Source: Reclinomonas americana ATCC 50394
Lineage: Eukaryota
NCBI GenBank assembly: GCA_048213135.1
Contig: PS015315.1
Span: 1 to 48,371 of the forward strand
Length of the DNA: 48,371 nucleotides
Direction: 5' to 3'
The position numbers and the translations under genes were made by a program. The stretch's first letter is position 1. Each line of letters opens with the position of its first letter. The notes beneath the pieces are model-generated. The model did not search any database. It had not been told where the DNA came from and saw only the letters and a list, made by a program, of their open reading frames with translations. Shown piece after piece: positions 31,690-45,100 of this stretch.

Positions 31690-32446
31690 CTCTCTTTCCC
31701 TCATCCCTCACCCATCCCTTCTCCCCCTTCCCCCTTCCCCTTCCCTCCCGCCCACCTCCTTCTGCAACCACTCCAACGCCTCCTCCGCCGGCCGCATAAA
31801 CTCGCCCAACAGCGCCTTGGCCTTCTCCTTGGCCTCCTCCATACTCCGCCTCCTCCTCTCATGCTCCTCCTCATCAACATCACTCCCACTCACTCCCGCA
31901 CCACTTCTCCTCCTCCTCGCCGCCACCGCCGCCGCCTTGGCACGCTGCTCACGCTCCACCTCNNNNNNNNNNNNNNNNNNNNTTCTTCTTCTTCTTCTTC
32001 TTCTTCTTCTTCTTCTTCTTCTTCTTCTTCTTCTTCTTCTTCTTCTTCTTCTTCTTGTTGTTGTTGTTGTTGTTGTTGTTCTTGTTCTTCTTCTTCTTCT
32101 TCTTCTTCTTCTTGTTGTTGTTGTTGTTCTTGTTCTTGTTCTTGTTCTTCTTGTCTTCTCCTCCTCTTTCACGCTCAATCACTTGCGCGCGCTTTATGTT
32201 AGATGCTCGCGATCAGATATCTGCATTGCATCTGTCCCTGCACTCGTCATCATGAGCGCGCGTCAGTTGCTTCTGTTTCTCCTCGCGCTCTCCGCTGCCG
32301 TTATGTACGTGCACGCGCAGCAACAGCAGCAACCGCCGCCGCCCCCAGCGTTACAGGAGGAGGATTACAGTGAGCTGTCTGCGCTGGGAGAGTACGCGCG
32401 GAGGATGATTGCGGAGGTGGAGAATGAGCATGCGCAGGCGATGCGT
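30689..32446 (-). CDS. Small secreted acidic/helical hypothetical protein; exon 1 lies on an apparently inverted contig (31983-32446, ATG 32252 on +)
   Basis: + strand MSARQLLLFLLALSAAVMYVHAQQQ...AEVENEHAQAMR runs into a gap. Minus-strand exon EVEREQRAK...EALEWLQKE (31962-31756), donor GAG|GTGGGC, acceptor 30930 then DDYTVDTVEQ. Frame and stop of the last exon are unresolved. Confidence 0.5.
31983..32155. repeat. (TTC)n/(TTG)n microsatellite
   Basis: Directly visible. Confidence 0.95.
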
Positions 32447-32647
32447 NNNNNNNNNNNNNNNNNNNNNNNNNNNNNNNNNNNNNNNNNNNNNNNNNNNNNN
32501 NNNNNNNNNNNNNNNNNNNNNNNNNNNNNNNNNNNNNNNNNNNNNNNNNNNNNNNNNNNNNNNNNNNNNNNNNNNNNNNNNNNNNNNNNNNNNNNNNNNN
32601 NNNNNNNNNNNNNNNNNNNNNNNNNGAACGTAAGAAGACAAGTGAGA

Positions 32648-35343
32648 ATGCGCGTGACAGTGGTGGCGGTGATCACCCTGGCGATCATCGCTGCTGCTGT
32701 GTGCGCCGAGGCCAAGGTGCGGCGACTGCACACACTATGATGTTCACTTTGCGCACTCACTTGTGTGTCTGCATAGTCGTTTGAGTTTGTGTTGCGACCG
32801 AATGCTGTTGTGGTGGACGCGCACACTGCCGAGGATCTGTTTCATGCGGTGGAGGGGCGACGACATCATGATCAGCAGCGTGAGGAGGGTTTGCTGTTGG
32901 TGGAGTTGTCGGGGGAGACGCGAACGCATCGGTTGTTGCAGGCGCTGCGCGAGAGTGGTGTGCGAGTGGGCTCGGTGATTGTGTCGCAGAATGCGCGGGC
33001 GCCGGTGGTGGTCCGTGTCGTGCGCATTGGTGTGGTGCATGCCACGCATGCGCATGCGGCAGTGGAGGAGGCGATTGAGTTGGTGGAGGTGGCCGGTGGA
33101 GTGGTCAAGATGCATGTGCGGCATGCGAGGTGCGTTTGTTGCGGCGCCTTGTCTTTCGATGCGTTCCTCATCCTCCTACCTCCCTCTTGGTAGTGTTGTT
33201 GTTGGTGGTGATCTACTTCTCCTTCTTTTTCATGTCCTCTGTCTCTTCCTCCTTCTCCTGTTGTTGTTCTTCTTCTTTTTCTGTCTTTCTTTTCTGCTTC
33301 TTTTTCTTTTTCTTCTCCTCCTCTTCCTGTTCCTCCTCCGTCTTCCTCTTCTTCCTGTTCTTCTTCTTCTCCTCCCCCTCCTCCTGCTTCTCTCACTCAT
33401 CCTCGTCCTCCTCCTTCTCCTTTCTTCTTCTTCTTCTCCTTCCTCCTCCTTTAATCTTCTTCTTCTTGTTCTTCTTCGTGTTGTTGTTGTTGTCGGTGTT
33501 GCTGAACTCCTCCTTCTGCATCTCCGTCTTCTAGTTGTTGTTCTTCTCTTCTATCGTCCTCCCCCTCCTCCTCCCCCCTCCCTTCCCCCTCCTCCCCCTC
33601 CCACCCTTCTCCTCCTCCCTCCCCCTTCCTCTCCTCCCTCCTTTCCTCCCTCCCTTCTCCTTCTCGCCCTTCTCCTTCTGCTTTACTCACTCTCTCTCTC
33701 ACCAGTCTGTCGGAGGCCTACGAGTCGTACTCGCTCAAGCTGAGTGCAAGCGAAATCGACCAGCTGGCGGCGGACGAAGCACACCTCAGCGCCGCCGATG
33801 TGGCGATCTCCAGAGGTCACTTGCCACCGTCGTCGGCACTTCTTTCGTTCACACTGCCGAAGCAGAGAGTGCAAGTCGGACAGTGCACGCTGGTGCCGGA
33901 ATGTTGAGTGTCTTTACTTCCCCCTCCCCCTTCTCCTCTATCATCGACTCACACGAATCCTCCCCTCGCCACCTTTGCTGCGCAGTGCACTTTGTGCTGC
34001 ACCTGGACGGTCCGGTGGACATTGCCGTGGACGACTTTAGTCTGGTGTCGCTGTCGCTCTCGTTGCGCGGGCACCTGAAGCAGACCATGTCGCTGGACTG
34101 TGGTCAGGCGTTCTCTGTGTCGCAAGGCAGTGCGCAGTTGCCGCCGCTGGTGCACGACAAGTTGCTGGGCCGGCTCGTGCTCTTTGGCGTGCCGTTCGAC
34201 TTTCAGTTGTCGGTGACGCCGTTCCTGTCGGGCGCGCTCACCGAGGCCCAGCCGATCTCTGTCCGCGTGACGCAGTCGCACAGCGTGGTCATCGGCGTCA
34301 CCTATGCCGACGGCAAGTGGACATCGGTGGGGACTGTGCAGACGACGTACGCGCGCAAGGTCTCCGGAGCGGGTCTGTCAGAGTTGACGCTGATCAGTGG
34401 GATGCATGTGCACATTGCGACCACGGTGTCGGATACGGTCGGGCCCGTCTTTCACTACACGCCCACCTTTGAGGTACGGATGCTCATGCAGTTGTTGCAT
34501 GGGTTTTTCGAATCCTAATTGTGTACTTGCTTGCAGTTCAAATCGGCCACTGGCGTGAAGAAGGCGCTGTGGGACTTCAAGAAGAACTGGAAGGAGGACG
34601 AGGCCAAGGACGAAAATTTCCGACACCTCACAGTGGTGGCCGCAGAGCGGTGGCACGTACTGGTCAAGTCGCGCATCGCCAGCACCACACTGTGGACCAA
34701 CGAACTCCACTCGCAGAGCTCGCCTCTGTGGGAGGCCTTGTTGCCTCTTGGAGGCAGCTCTGCTGGCGGGAACAGCATGGACATGTCGGTACGTCTGTGC
34801 TGTCGATGTGACTGCGCCGCTCGACATCTCGTAATGCCCCTTGTACATGTGCCTACAGGCCGAGCAGATGAACGAGGCGCTCGCACCGCCGACAAGTCTG
34901 ATGTTCCAGGCGAGTATTGATGTGTCTTCACTGGCTGTTGTCACTCTCCCCCCTCTCACTCTTCCTTTTCCTCTTTCTCTCTCTCTCTCTCCCTGTGGTG
35001 GCTGTTGCACAGGATATCGACCCTCTGATGATCCTCGTCGAAACCTCCTCCTCATCGTCCACCGACGCGCCAGCAGCTGNNNNNNNNNNNNNNNNNNNNN
35101 NNNNNNNNNNNNNNNNNNNNNNNNNNNNNNNNNNNNNNNNNNNNNNNNNNNNNNNNNNNNNNNNNNNNNNNNNNNNNNNNNNNNNNNNNNNNNNNNNNNN
35201 NNNNNNNNNNNNNNNNNNNNNNNNNNNNNNNNNNNNNNNNNNNNNNNNNNNNNNNNNNNNNNNNNNNNNNNNNNNNNNNNNNNNNNNNNNNNNNNNNNNN
35301 NNNNNNNNNNNNNNNNNNNNNNNNNNNNNNNNNNNNNNNAGAG

Positions 35344-35424
<81 letters not shown>

Positions 35425-38400
35425 CGAATCTGTTGAGCATGGTGAGACAAAGATCACTCAACTGTGCGCCAACACCACCAGATCTCGTTGGTTGCCTCCA
35501 CATGCACGCGCAATCAGCTGCTTGCCGATCAGGTGGTGCAGCCGGGCTTCAATCTGTTTGCCGAAGTAACTCCCGGCGACATTCTCTTTGGTCTGAGTGA
35601 TACGCTGCGCGACGTGCGATCGCTGCTGAACACGGCACTGCCGAGGCGAATGGTGGTACACGTGCGCCTGCCAGTGATGAAGCCGTCGACGGCGGCGGCA
35701 GACAGCGCGCTGCAGCAGGCCGAATTCAAGCTCATCTCCGACGCCATCTTCACTGTGCCCTTTTTGATGGCCGACGGCGCGTCAGCAGCGGTAAGCATTG
35801 CAGCGCGTGTACAGCCGCTGCTCGCCTCGTCTCACCAGCTTGTGCAGAGTGGCGACGGTCTCCACCTGCATGGCTTCCGTCTGGTGCTTGTGGACGATGC
35901 ACTGTCGAAGATTGGCAGCATCACTGCGGCCGGTGTGCTGGCACTGCCCGGCGCGTACGAGTTGTTGGCCGACACATTTTCGACCAAGTGGACGCTGGAT
36001 AAGAAGCAGAACCAGTTTGTCGTGCGCGGCGAACTCAGTCACTGTCAGTGGAACCAAGTTCTTGGCATCAGCAACATTTCCATGCGACAAGTTGCGTCCT
36101 TTTCTTCTTTCCTCTTTACCCGCCGATGCTTACCAAGTATGCGCTCGGCAGGTGGAGCTTACCGTCGGTGTGGCCATTGCGCCAAAGACACTAACGATGG
36201 CCGTCAACTCGGTGCACGTCTGTGGCGCCGTCTCGTTTGGCGATCTCGGCACCCTCAGCGCCTGCGTGCAACCGAACAAACAGTGGAGCGGTGTGGTGCT
36301 GACGACGCAGCTGGCGGAGGGGTCGCCAGACTGCGAACCGGCCGCCGCCATCATTGCCGGCGGGCCACTGTCGCAAGTGGTCAGTGCACCCATGGTCACC
36401 CACATGTCGATTGCGTCGTTTGAGCGCACGATGCACGACATTCGGATTCCGCCGGTTGCGTCGTCGCTTCTCCTTGCAGTCCCTTACTTTTTTTTTTTTT
36501 TGTCACTGACCGACCTTTCCGTGCAGGGACTCTTCGTGGAATTCAAGGGCATCGTGGCCGGTTCAGCCGCGGAGGTCATCAAGCTCACTGGCGACGTGGC
36601 TGCCGACACACCGTGGTCGTTCCTGGTGTCGGTGCCGATGCAAGAGGTGTCGGATTCGCTTACGATTCGCATGGCGCTGCACGATCGCTCGCTCGCCGTG
36701 TCGCCCAAGGTATTGGCAACGCTTGTGAGAATCATATCCTCTCACCGCTGTTTGACTGACCGACCACTACTGGGTGTTGCATTGGCCAAGGTTTCGCTTG
36801 TTTCGCCCCGATTCACCATGACGGTGTCGCGCGGTTTTGCGCTGGACATGCGGATGACCACCATGTCGGAGTTGACTATTGTGCTGCCCGATCAGAAATT
36901 GGTGGCGCCAGTGACTGGCGAGTACCGTCGCGGCGTGTTGCATCTCGAGGGGTTTGTGTTCTAGCGTCGTTGTTGCGAAGCACCCTCGTGATCTCACTCT
37001 TTCCCGACTTTCCACAGACCTCTCTTGGCTCCGTGGACCAATGTGTTTTCGCAGCCGATCATGATTTTCCGCGACGCCAAGGTCGCGCTCACGATCCGTG
37101 TGACGGATGCGGTGGCTGGCCGGTCGCTCTCGTCGGCTGACAAGGGAAAAGCCGCCGCGGCACCAGCCACGGGCGCGGCGGCGGCCAAGCGCTTCGACAT
37201 GGTGGCCGTGGACGGTACACTCGTCATCTTGGACGACAAGAAGGCTGTCGTGCAGACACTCGATCTGCGCGGCAGAATCTTTGGCGACGATTTGTCTCGT
37301 GTGTGGCTCGAGGGAGAGTACTCGTCCAAGCAGGTTGCCGCCTCCATGTGGCCCACCATCGGTCAGTCCGCTTGTTGCTGTCGTGTGTTTGTTTGATGGT
37401 CACAGTCCCTGACTGTGAAGCAGGAACGGTCTTCCGCGCTTCGTTGGTGCACGTGGGCCTCTCCAGTGGAGATGTGGACTGGTCCGTTGCGCGGCGGCGT
37501 CTCGAGTGCCACCTGGGCGCATGTGTGTTCGCCTCGCCGGCCTCGCTCGGCTCCGGGCCGGTGAGCGTTCTCGGCTCCATTTTCGGGCGCGATGCCGCCA
37601 AGGGCTGGAGCGTGCACGCGCATTTGACGCCCGAAGGTGCCGCAACGGTGCACATGGAACACGCTGTGGCCATTGCGCCTGCCGACATGCCACTGGTGGT
37701 GCCGTCGGCGAGCATTGATGTGGCGGCTGGTGGTTTGTTGTTCTCATTGTCGTGATGGAGTGCAGTATTTAATTCCTCACTCGGTGTCGATGCAGGAACG
37801 CCAACGTTGCGTGCCGTGTTGCGCTTCATCGCCAGCAAGCCGTCGTGCCATGTGGCAGTGGAGGCTCCTCTGACTGGCAAGCCGGTGTGTAACATGCATG
37901 CGTACATCACAGCGTTATTCTCTCTGTCATATCTCTGATTCTTGTGCACGTGTCGGTGCAGGTGATCCTGTTCTCTGGCTCACTGCAAGAACCATGCACT
38001 GACATGTTTGGTCTGCGCGGGATTTCCATCTCGACGGCAAAAGTCAAGGTACCGCCCTGACCTTACGTGTGTGTGTGTGTGTGACGGCGAGTTATGCTGA
38101 CGCACTTGCACTCTCGTGCCAGGGCGAGTTCGACTCTCGACAAAAGCTCGTCGCCAACCGCCTCGGGCCAGTCACGCTTACTGGAACCGCCACATTCCTC
38201 GGCAACTCGGTGCCTGTCGACGCCATGATTGCACGCGGTGGTTCGTCGTTCTCGGTGGCGGCGTCGTTGAACACGGCCACTCTGTCGGCGTCGTTTGGCA
38301 AGAATCGCTTTGGCAGCCTGTTTTCCGTGACACGGGTGCGTTGTGCCAGTCGTACAGTGCGGAGTTGTCACTCACCTTGTTTGTGGATGCAGTGCACTGG

Positions 38401-39394
38401 TGTGCTGGCCAACAAGTCGTACTACGATGTGAATCAGCGGCCGGTGGTGGCCGGCGCGCTCAACGTGTACGGTACCATTACCGCGCAGGCACAACTGCGG
38501 ACATTGTTGCGTACCACTATCTGAAACCCCATGTTGTCATCCTTCTCACGCCACTCTCCCCACAGGCTGCAGGCTCTTGGCGTGCCTTCGAATCCTGCCC
38601 CGCCAGCCGACTTGCGTGCCGTCATGGCCCTCGACGATATCGGCGGCTTCACTGCGACAGTGTCGTACACGCAAGCGAACGCCACGAGCGTGCTGCCGGC
38701 GGAGCCACAGAGGGCCATTTTGGTGTTGCAGTCGTTGCAAATGAAGGTCGAGGGCGACATGCTGGCCGAGTCGCCAGCGTCGACCGACATTAAGGCGGAG
38801 CTATCGGTGCGTGCGCTGCTGTTGCACAAAAAGAGACCATAGTTTTTCTCACAATGTGGCCTGCACAGATCTTCTTGCCTCGCACCGTGGCCCCCCTGCG
38901 TGTGTCGACTAGCGGTGCATTGGATTTGCAGGATGGCACTTTTTCGGCAACACTGGAAGGTCACGCGTTGCTTGCGCATTCTGGGTAATCTGCCCTTCTC
39001 TGTGCTCACACTCGTCTTGTGCGCGCACAGGTTCGGCGGTCAGATCGTCGGTGGAAAACGTGTTTGGCATTGCTGGTGTGGAGCTGCTGTCGCCCGGCAT
39101 CTCGCTGGGAGTGGAACTGCCTCGCGGGCTGGCCAATTTGCTGCTGACTGGTGTCATTACTCTGTCGGCGAGCATGCCGGTGCCACTGGTGGGCGAGGCA
39201 CAGCCGGACTTGCAACATGCGTACCTCTCGACGCAGTTGCCGCGCCTCGCCTTGGTCACCATTGTCGACTTTGTCAGCAAGTCCAGCAAGCTGCCGCTTG
39301 CGCGCCAGGCCGCGCCGGCCTGGCAGCTGTCGTCTGTGACCTTCACGTTGGCGCCACAAGACGGGTGCATCGACTCACTGTGCCACAAGAGCGG

Positions 39395-39433
<39 letters not shown>

Positions 39434-40062
39434 AGGGTGGAAAGGCTGGCCAGTCGGTGTCGCTGAAAATGATGTGCGCGCTGTGTGCAGAGTGACGATC
39501 GCCGGTATCATGGTTCTGTTTAAGGACTTGTCGTTCGACTGCGTCATGCGAGGCCAGTGGTCGAAGCTCGAGCAGAGCAAGTACGACTTGACTGTGTCGT
39601 TGTCACTGGCCAGCAACTCCATCGAAGACGTGCGCTCACTGGCCATTGCCCGTGCCGTGTACCTCGACCTCGACTCGATCCTCGACCTGACGTTCTCCGA
39701 GATCCGCGTGGCCGACTTTTCACTGCGCGAGCTGCTCGACAGCAAGGGCACGTTGCGGACGAGTGTCACCGGGCGTGTCAAAGTCAAGGTGTGTGTATGT
39801 GTGTATGTGCTTGATTGTTGATTGCGTCGAGAAGCTCATCGGGTGGATGCAGTACGGCACCGTGGCGAACTGGGTATGGAAGGAGCACCCGTTTGTCGTG
39901 AAGCTGTCGGTGAGCCGGCTGACAGGTCCTCCGGAAGTGGTCGTCGACGCACTGCTCAAGAAGCTGGTGGCCGAACTGGTGGCCGAGTCCAAGACCTCTG
40001 CACCTGCGGTCCCTGCGATCACCACACCCGCAACCGCCGCTACCACGCCCACCAAGAAGTAA
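32648..40062 (+). CDS. Large secreted beta-strand-rich protein of unknown family (about 20 exons, roughly 1,700-1,800 aa)
   Basis: Signal peptide MRVTVVAVITLAIIAAAVCAEAK. Phase-consistent donors at 32717, 33130, 33903, 34474, 34789, 34910 (GC), 36091, 36455, 36710, 36952, 37362, 37733, 37885, 38049, 38336, 38506, 38807, 38960, 39395 and 39789; stop TAA 40060-40062. Confidence 0.75.
34910..35012 (+). other. GC-AG intron
   Basis: CAG|GCGAGT ... CACAG|GAT joins SLMFQ to DIDPLMIL in phase 0; CT-rich interior. Confidence 0.7.
35346..35422. repeat. (GT)n microsatellite, intronic
   Basis: Directly visible. Confidence 0.95.
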
Positions 40063-40363
40063 AGTCACTGTTACATGATAAAGAAGTTAAGGGAGTTGGG
40101 AAGTTGTTGTTTCTTTCGCATTCGCATTCTAGTGAAGCCACTGGCGCATAATCATTGAGTTGGGAATTGATGTTTCTTTCATTCGCACTCGCAACCATTG
40201 CGCGCACGCACACACACACAATCACACACACACTCGGATAAATTATCCCCACGGTGACGACCACCAACATCGCCACCACAAACANNNNNNNNNNNNNNNN
40301 NNNNNNNNNNNNNNNNNNNNNNNNNNNNNNNNNNNNNNNNNNNNNNNNNNNNNNNNNNNNNNN

Positions 40364-41280
40364 GGCTGCTGCGGGCAAGAAGGGCAAGCAGGCCCCTGCC
40401 GCCAAGAAGGCTGAGTCCTCGTCGGATGAGGATTCGTCGTCGGACGATGACAGCGACGATGAGGCCGCCAAGCCGATGGAGCAGGATGGTGGCAACCGCA
40501 AGCGCACGCACGAGGAGTCGGAGTCGTCGTCGGATGACTCTGACGAGGAGGAGAAGGCCGAGGAGAAGCACGAGGCTCCCAAGAAGGCCTTCAAGCGCGA
40601 GGAGGGCGCTGTGGCGTCGCAGCAGCGCGGTGGTGCCTACGGAAACGGCGATGGTGGCGAGGAGAAGTTCTCGGCCTTTGTCGGCAACATTCCCCGCGAC
40701 ATCTCCGAGGAGGACTTCAACGCCTACCTGGAGGAGATGGGTGTGAGCGACATCCAGGCCAACCGCTACCTGAGCGACAAGTTCAGCGGCGAGTTCAAGG
40801 GCGCTTGCTTTATCGATTTCGCCAACAAGGCCGCCATGGACGACTGCATCCAGAAGCTGAATGGCGCCGACTGCCGTGGCTACCAGCTCAAGTCCAACCC
40901 GGCCGGCGAGAAGCCGCAGCCGGCTGCACGCAACGACTCGGCCACCTGCTTTGTCGCCAACCTCTCATGGGGCACGGAGCAGAGCACGCTGTCGGAGATG
41001 TTCAACCAGATTGGCAAGGTCACTGCGGTGCGCATGCTGACGGACCGCGAGACCGGCAGACCGAAGGGCGTGGCGTACGTTGAGTTTGCTGACGCTGCCG
41101 ACGTTGCCAAGGCTGCGGAGCAGCTGAACGGCACCGAGCTCGACGGCCGTGAGATCCGCGTGGAGGCTGCCCAGTCTGGTGGCGGTGGTGGCCGTGGCGG
41201 TGGCCGCGGTGGCTTTGGTGGTGGCCGTGGTGGCGGCTTTGGCGGCGGCCGTGGCGGTGGCTTTGGCGGCGGCCGCGGTG
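40364..41280 (+). CDS. NSR1: Nucleolin/Nsr1/Gar2-like nucleolar RNA-binding protein (acidic-Ser tracts, 2 RRMs, RGG tail); both ends in gaps
   Basis: ESSSDEDSSSDDDSDDE tracts; RRM1 AFVGNI...KGACFIDF; RRM2 CFVANLSW...TDRETGRPKGVAYVEF; (GGGRGGGF)n tail. Confidence 0.88.
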
Positions 41281-42141
41281 NNNNNNNNNNNNNNNNNNNN
41301 NNNNNNNNNNNNNNNNNNNNNNNNNNNNNNNNNNNNNNNNNNNNNNNNNNNNNNNNNNNNNNNNNNNNNNNNNNNNNNNNNNNNNNNNNNNNNNNNNNNN
41401 NNNNNNNNNNNNNNNNNNNNNNNNNNNNNNNNNNNNNNNNNNNNNNNNNNNNNNNNNNNCGCCGGCGCGGGAGGGAGGGGTAGAGAGGTGGAGAGAGGTA
41501 GAGAGAGGGAGGGAGCAAAGCAGCGGTGAGCGTCAAAAAGTGAGAGGGGGGGCACAAAAAAGTGTGCATGTGCATCTGCACGGAATATGCCGACTCCAGA
41601 CACAACAAAAAAAAGAAAGAACATGCAGAGCAACAGAGAGAGAGAGAGCACAAACCTTGCCCATGATTATTGGTTGGTGAGAGAGTTGAGAGTGGTGTGT
41701 GTTTGAAAGAAAGCGAAAAACGAGAAGAGCTCTGCGCGTCGACTCGTGTGAAGGATAACTGGTTGACGATCTGGTCCAATCGACGGCAATCCGGAATATT
41801 CTTTCGCGGCGCTCGGGGGAAATACGAAAATTGGCTCAAATGGGGTGGCGATGTGGAATGCAGAAAGTCGAGGAGCAGGTGAATGGCATGTGGTGAGGCG
41901 AAAAAGCCAAGCGCTTTGTAAATCCGACGAAACGTCACAAACTGTCGACGTCGCAATGGACGTTCTGCATCGACGGGAGGTTCCAGCGTAGTAACGTGTG
42001 ATGAGCGAGGTTGTGTGCAAGTGCCTGCATGGGCAGCGACGAGCGCCTTGAGGGTGCATCGACGCTGCCATTTCCGAAAACACGAACAAACGTCGAACGT
42101 TCAACAGATTATTTAGGACACACGCGTGCTCCGACAGCAAA

Positions 42142-45100
42142 ATGAAACGCGCAGAGCCGGGGCGACCGCAATCAGGTGTGCCACTCTCGCACACACACAC
42201 GCACACACACGCACGCACACACACACACTCACATCGCGCAAGTGAGAGAATCAAGCCACTCACTCCTTTTCTCGCGTGCCACACACAGCGGCTCGTCATC
42301 GGATATACACTGTCTCCGCCGCCGACGGTGATCCACAGTCTCCTCCCGCCACTCACCGACCAACGGAACAGGAGGCACAGGCAGAGAAGGCAGAGGCAGA
42401 GGCAGAGGGATTGAGTGATGATGATATCGACATCGGACAGCACCCGTATTCTGACGATGACGATGGTGACGATGATCGTGGGGATTATGATGAGATGGCG
42501 GGCGTGTTGGCCACTCCGGCGGGAGCCTATCGCTACTATGATCAGTCGTCTTTAACGGATGATGAGGAGGAGGAGGATGATGATGAGAGAGTGGTGATGC
42601 AACAGAGGAGGAGTGCGTCGGCCATGGAGATGCGGAGGCGGCCGTCGGCCACGCGGGAGATCACCCATCCGAATGCCAATGCCATTTTGCAGATTGTTAG
42701 CACGGCGGAGAAGCCGTATATGTTGCGTGGTGACAGGAAAGGGGGGAGGGAGAAGGGGAGAAGAGGGGGAAAGAGTGGGGAGGGGATGGGGAAGGGAGGG
42801 GGAGAGAGGGAGAGTGAAGGAGACAGAGGGAGGGGAGAGAGTGAATGAGAGAGAGAGAAGTGAGAAGGAACTCAAGTACAGAGAAGTCAGTGGGGATCAC
42901 ACGAGGAGAGAGGGAGGGGCGCGGGTGGTGGCATGAAGTGGGATCCAGACTCTCTCTCTCTCTCACACAGGCACAAGAGCCTCTGATTCTGACGCTGCCT
43001 CGTTGAGTGTTTTGTCGTCTTCGATTTCTTCGTTTCTCACACAAGAAGAGAATTCAGTGGAGATCACACGAGAAGTGAGAAGGAAGCGGGCGGTGACATG
43101 AAGTGCTTTCCAGGCTCTCTCTCTCTCGCTCTCGCTCAAGAGCCCTTGAAAGTGACGCTGCCTCGCGGAGTGTTTTGTCGTCTTCAATTTCGTCGTCGCT
43201 CACACGTGAAGAGAGATCAGCGGGGTTCAATAAAGGAGGGAGTAGAGGAAGAAGAAGAAGGACAGAAGCTGGTGGTTGCATGAAGAGGGATCAAGAGTGT
43301 GTGTAGGAGGGGAGGGGGAATGCGAAATGAGAGAACAGAAGTGCGCACAGAAATCATAAGGTTCTCGGGAGGGGAGTGAGAGAGGAAGGGAGAAGAAGGG
43401 CAGATGCGGGTGGTGGCCTGAAGAGAAATCAAGATTGTGTGTGGGAAAGCGAAGTGAGAAGATAAGAAGTGCGCACAGAAATCACAAGGTTCTCGGGAGG
43501 GGAGTGAGAGAGGAAGGGAGAAGAAGGGCAGATGCGGGTGGTGGCGTGAAGAGAAATCAAGATTGTGTGTGGGGGAAGAAGAACAGAAGTGCGCAGAGCA
43601 GGTTCTCAGGAGGGGAGTGAGTGAGAGAGATACTGCATAACATGTGGATATGAATGCTTGGGAGACCGTGAGTGAGTACGATAGAGGAAAGTGAGGATGT
43701 AAAATGGCAAGTGAGAAACTTCGGTGGCGATCGGGAAAGTAAGAAGATACAGAAGAAGTTCTTGTCAGCGTGCGTGCAATGAGCGGTGCAGATATCTTGG
43801 TGAGCAATCGAGTTGGGCATGAAGGAAGCGATGAGTGAGAAAAGACTTTGTGACTGAGAATACCTGGCCACGAGAATGAAGCGAGAGAAAGTGAGACGAG
43901 CACGAATGCCGACTGTGGATTATGTTGTCTATCCTCCTCGCATCTCTGCTGACTTTGACATGCACCCGCAGCCCCCCTCCTGAACCCGTTGCCCGTTTGT
44001 CGCCCACGGAGACAAAACGATCGCTGATGATGTCTCTGGTACCGGGCGGCGTGCGCTCGCTCACCGACATTCTCTCACGGTGCGCTTTCCACCTCACACA
44101 CCCCACCCCACTTAAGCTCTGCGCTCCTCCCTCATGCCCTCCTGGCAGCTACGTGCGCTCCGGCTCCACGCCTGAGTTGACGGTCCGCACTGCGCGCGGA
44201 TCACACAGTGCGCGCACGGCCCCCGACGACGGCGACGACTCGATGCACTCACAAGTGGCCACGCCCGCCACTGCTCGTCCCGCCAGCGCCAGACCGGCCA
44301 GCGCACGTCCCGCATCGGCGGCCTCTGTGACTCGCCGCAAGTTTGACGATCGGGACGAGACGCCGGCCAGACCACGTTGCGTGTGCTGCCTCTCTTGAGT
44401 GTCAGTACTTTCCGCTCATGCTTTTTTTGTGCGCCACGCAGCGGTGTGGAAGAGACCCGCCAGTGCGCCGGTGCGACAGGTGCCGCGCAAGGAGAAGAAG
44501 CCGCCGCCACCGTTCGGCACCGCCACTGTGCGCTCGTTCCAGCGCGANNNNNNNNNNNNNNNNNNNNNNNNNNNNNNNNNNNNNNNNNNNNNNNNNNNNN
44601 NNNNNNNNNNNNNNNNNNNNNNNNNNNNNNNNNNNNNNNNNNNNNNNNNNNNNNNNNNNNNNNNNNNNNNNNNNNNNNNNNNNNNNNNNNNNNNNNNNNN
44701 NNNNNNNNNNNNNNNNNNNNNNNNNNNNNNNNNNNNNNNNNNNNNNNNNNNNNNNNNNNNNNNNNNNNNNNNNNNNNNNNNNNNNNNNNNNNNNNNNNNN
44801 NNNNNNNNNNNNNNNNNNNNNNNNNNNNNNNNNNNNNNNNNNNNNNNNNNNNNNNNNNNNNNNNNNNNNNNNNNNNNNNNNNNNNNNNNNNNNNAAGGAC
44901 GCAACAGACTGCAATCGTCGCGGACCGCCCGGCACATGTGGACTGAGCTTGACGCGCAGCGACGTGGCTGTCGGCGGCCGCTCCTGCGGTGTCGACAACA
45001 CTCCGGAAGCCGCCGTCGCCGGTGCACTGTGGCGGCGATGGGAGGCGGTGAGCGAGGCCGCGTGTAACTTTACGGCCTCGGATTGCGGCTTGGTGTGCAC

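Noticed and set aside
30930-31755. Higher-complexity 0.8-kb intron as an inserted element or nested gene
   Set aside because: No recognisable protein, terminal repeats or target-site duplication.
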